64,000 nucleotides of DNA, from NCBI GenBank assembly GCA_950097015.1, contig CATNEN010000039.1:2108001-2172000 (forward strand), read 5' to 3'. Below the pieces are notes generated by a model. That model was not told where the DNA came from. It made no database searches and saw only the letters and a program-made list of their open reading frames with translations. This DNA comes from Macrostomum hystrix. Lineage: Eukaryota > Animalia > Platyhelminthes. The translations under genes and the position numbers were made by a program. Below, piece after piece: positions 61,013 through 64,000 of this stretch. The number at the start of each line of letters is the position of its first letter. Position 1 is the first letter of the stretch.

Positions 61013-64000
61013 TCAGACTTCCAGAGGTACTAGCAACTTCACTGGCCGTCGAAGATGCGTGGCCGCTCGACCACTTTGAGAACTGGCTACCCGCAGTAGG
61101 CATGAGCGGGCGAATCCATCGCGACCCTGGTGCACCGCTTCGACAACCGCAAGCTTCCATTGAAGTCTTGGCAAACCGGCATCCATCACTAACACTACGT
61201 CACCAGGTCGTATTTCCCGATTCGATGTTCGACCGTCTTTGAATGATCGCTCACGGAGGGCCAGAATGTACTGTGCTTGCCACTCCCTCCAGAATTTGTT
61301 CAGCAAATGTCTGGACTTTCGGAGCTTTTCAGGAAGCGGCAGGACCATTGAAACTTGCGCTTCTTCCTCTGGTTCTTTTGTCAGGCGGCGCAGGACGAGA
61401 AAATGGCCAGGTGTGATGACTTCTGCTTGCTCGCTGGAAGACACAAAGCCAAGCGGTCTTGAGTTTACAACTGCTTCCGCCTCACAGATTGCTGTCGAAA
61501 GCTCCTCGAAGGTCAGGAACGCCCTTCCGATTGTCTTCTTAATTACGGATTTCACTACGCCGACCAGTCTCTCGTAGAAGCCTCCCATCCATGGAGCTCT
61601 CTCGGGAATAAATGTCCAGGTGACTCGACGGCTGCTCAGAAAATCTTGACCTGCTTGAGTCCGTAATGGAGTTTCTTCTGCATCTAGTAGCCTGGCCGCC
61701 GTATGGAAGGTTTTGAAGTTGTCAGAGATAATCGATGGTACACCTCGGCGGGCACAGAAGCGTCTCAGGCTCAGAAGGAATGACTGCGTAGTCAAGTCAG
61801 AGACGAGTTCGAGATGCACTGCTCGTGTGCTAGTGCATGTCAACAATAGAATGTAGGCTTTATGTTGGCCGTCATCCCCTCCCCTGCGGTAGATGAGGGG
61901 GCCGCAGTAATCAAGGCCAACATGCTGGAAGGCCCGGCCCGGTGACGCGCGGGATGTAGGTAACTGCGCTTTTTGGGAGATCTTGTACGGCAGGCCTTGA
62001 AGACGTATGCACGTGTTGCATGTTTTAAGGACAGACTTGACTTTCTGTCGTCCCTTCAGGAGCCAGAATTTCTCTCGAATTTGGAGTAACGTTGCTGCCA
62101 CACCACCATGACCAACCTTGTGGTGCGCCTCCCAGATCAGCAGCCGTTGGAAATCGACATCTGTCGGACAAAGAACCGGCGATTTTTGGTGGGTCGAGAG
62201 CTTGGTTTCACCGAGTCGACCTGCACTGCGGAGGATTCCCTCTGGATCTATAAATAGCCTCAGATTACAATTGAGTGGCGTGCGGGCGGTGCCCTCTTTG
62301 AGACATCGTATGTCCGAACTAAAATCTCTTGCCTGCAGCGACTTGATCCAGCAGTCCTCCGCCCGCAACAACTCCGTAGTCGTCAACTCGCCGCTGCGCC
62401 CTCGCCTCTTTTGTCCGACCGTCTTGATAAAGCGGGACACCCAAGCAGTGACGCGCAACAGTTTCGCTAGGGTGCTGAACCGCTGCAGCTCAATGATGGA
62501 GTGGACCCTCTGCAGCCGAACATCGGGTGTCCCCGCCTGAGCCATCGAGCAGCTGGGCTCATCCCCTCGAGACATGGAAGGCCGATCGCACATCACAGGC
62601 TGTTCTGGCCAGTGCAGGTCAGGTTCAGACAGCCACGTTGGACCTCGAAACCATGAGGACGTTGCTGTGAAAGTCCTAGGGACTACCGGTCGCGTAGCAA
62701 TGTCCGCTGGATTGTCCTTTCCTGGACAGAACCGCCATGATTCCGGGGCGACTGTCGAACGAATTTTGATTGTACGATTTTGGATGAACGGCTTCCACAG
62801 CTTGTGCTTCGATTTGAGCCACCACAGGACGTCCATGCTGTCGCTCCAACAGACGATCGGGCAGTCCGGATATTCTGCGCGAATCTCACTGACTGCTTGC
62901 GCAAGCTCATGAGCAGCCATCAACTCCAGGCGTGGAATGGTGGTCGGAGACATCGGGGCTACACGCACCTTCCCCATTAACAAAGAAACTTGCACCGCAC
63001 CCGACTCGAATGTGGAACGTAGGAACAAGCACGCCGCATATGCTGACTGTGACGCGTCGCAGAACCCATGGATCTCGGTGGCAATCGGCTTGCCATTGAC
63101 TACTCGCCTATCGATTTCAGTTGACCAACCTTTCAAATCCTTTAAACATTCGATCCACTGCCCTTGTAAGGGTTCCGGTAGCACCGCGTCCCAGGAAATT
63201 TTTAGCTTGCAACTTTGCTGAAAGAGCAACTTCGGTCGCGTCAGCAATGGACAAAGCAGACCCAGAGGGTCGAAGGTTTTGGAGAATGCCGACAACGTGG
63301 CCCGCTTAGTCAAATTTTCTATTGCAAGATTGGCTGCCGGGTGGTCGCTAATCGCTAGGATGAAGACATCCTTCTGCGGAGCCCACTGCATACCTAAGAC
63401 TTTAATCGACGACTCGTCAGGCGGCGTCACCCCACAACCTTCTTCACGAGCTGCAGTGTTCAGAACAGAGCAATTCGAGAGCCAGCCGCGGATGTTCATG
63501 GACATCTCCAGGAATACGCTTCGAGTGGTCCTGTACAGCTCCATGGCTTCGATCACCGAGTCGGCTCCGGACACGAGGTTGTCGACGTAGGTGTCTCGTG
63601 AAAGCTTCCGGCGTGTGTCCGGCGAGGCTTTGGTTGTGACCCGGAAATGATGAAGTAGCGTTTCTTGGAGAATCGCCGGACTCGAAATCAAGCCGAACAC
63701 TAGGCGTACGTATCGAAATACTTGAATGTCTGAGTTTTTATCTTCCTTGTTCGTCACCCACAAGAATCTGAGAGCATCTCTGTCTTCCTCTCGAATCACG
63801 ATTTGCAGAAAGGCCTTCTCGACATCCGCAATAATCGCTATAGGGTGATTCCTAAAGCGCAGCAGCAGCGACGAAACGGAAGGTAGACGGCATGGACCTG
63901 GCTCAAGAGCCTCGTTCAGAGAATAGCCAGCAGCTGTCCTTGCACTCGCATCAAAAACGATTCTGAGCCGCGTTGTTGAGCTTTCTTCCTTCACCACCGG
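61013..64000 (-). CDS. BEL/Pao polyprotein (RT, RNase H, integrase, C-terminal DUF5641-like), open to the window edge
   Basis: RLRIVFDAS, ADVEKAFLQI, YVDN, FDPLG, HGFCDASQSAY, TIPRLEL, DNPAD, HHCC zinc finger, GLDYCGP, SDN, PWMGGFYERLV, NSRPL and GRDG..R. Confidence 0.95.
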   Translation of the reverse strand, partial: PVVKEESSTTRLRIVFDASARTAAGYSLNEALEPGPCRLPSVSSLLLRFRNHPIAIIADVEKAFLQIVIREEDRDALRFLWVTNKEDKNSDIQVFRYVRLVFGLISSPAILQETLLHHFRVTTKASPDTRRKLSRDTYVDNLVSGADSVIEAMELYRTTRSVFLEMSMNIRGWLSNCSVLNTAAREEGCGVTPPDESSIKVLGMQWAPQKDVFILAISDHPAANLAIENLTKRATLSAFSKTFDPLGLLCPLLTRPKLLFQQSCKLKISWDAVLPEPLQGQWIECLKDLKGWSTEIDRRVVNGKPIATEIHGFCDASQSAYAACLFLRSTFESGAVQVSLLMGKVRVAPMSPTTIPRLELMAAHELAQAVSEIRAEYPDCPIVCWSDSMDVLWWLKSKHKLWKPFIQNRTIKIRSTVAPESWRFCPGKDNPADIATRPVVPRTFTATSSWFRGPTWLSEPDLHWPEQPVMCDRPSMSRGDEPSCSMAQAGTPDVRLQRVHSIIELQRFSTLAKLLRVTAWVSRFIKTVGQKRRGRSGELTTTELLRAEDCWIKSLQARDFSSDIRCLKEGTARTPLNCNLRLFIDPEGILRSAGRLGETKLSTHQKSPVLCPTDVDFQRLLIWEAHHKVGHGGVAATLLQIREKFWLLKGRQKVKSVLKTCNTCIRLQGLPYKISQKAQLPTSRASPGRAFQHVGLDYCGPLIYRRGGDDGQHKAYILLLTCTSTRAVHLELVSDLTTQSFLLSLRRFCARRGVPSIISDNFKTFHTAARLLDAEETPLRTQAGQDFLSSRRVTWTFIPERAPWMGGFYERLVGVVKSVIKKTIGRAFLTFEELSTAICEAEAVVNSRPLGFVSSSEQAEVITPGHFLVLRRLTKEPEEEAQVSMVLPLPEKLRKSRHLLNKFWREWQAQYILALRERSFKDGRTSNREIRPGDVVLVMDAGLPRLQWKLAVVEAVHQGRDGFARSCLLRVASSQSGRAATHLRRPVKLLVPLEV

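Larger units (their letters stand above)
60037..64000 (-). mobile_element. BEL/Pao LTR retrotransposon, 3' portion (runs off the window)
   Basis: Pol domain order RT-RNase H-integrase, followed by 3' UTR, PPT and LTR. Confidence 0.93.

Overview
Eukaryotic (metazoan) genomic DNA with GT-AG introns. The gene set, GC-rich exons and a minisatellite in most larger introns suggest a free-living flatworm such as Macrostomum (inference, not proven). Eight host genes can be reconstructed with consistent splice phases: TMEM161 (-), MRPS21 (-), an aristaless/ARX-type Q50 paired-like homeobox gene (-), ANKRD42 (-), a QRICH2/DUF4795-like coiled-coil gene (-), NUFIP1 (+), mitochondrial CLPB/Skd3 (+), and an unrecognised 7-exon gene with a degenerate KH-like fold (+). 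Mobile DNA: a 5'-truncated Helitron with an intact 3' end and an unexpected 40-bp flanking duplication, a hAT-type MITE nested in it, a full-length intact RNase H-containing LINE with TSD, a 2.6-kb foldback element whose arms are 50-bp tandem arrays, the 3' part and 3' LTR of a BEL/Pao retrotransposon, two tRNA-headed SINE families and about 20 minisatellite arrays. Most notable leads: tandem gene pairs with outron-like acceptors, where TMEM161 may get its initiator AUG from a trans-spliced leader; a quadruplicated splice acceptor in CLPB; the foldback element; the Helitron duplication; and the KH-like orphan gene. No CRISPR array or prokaryotic system is present. Most ORF-track entries over repeats are artefacts.
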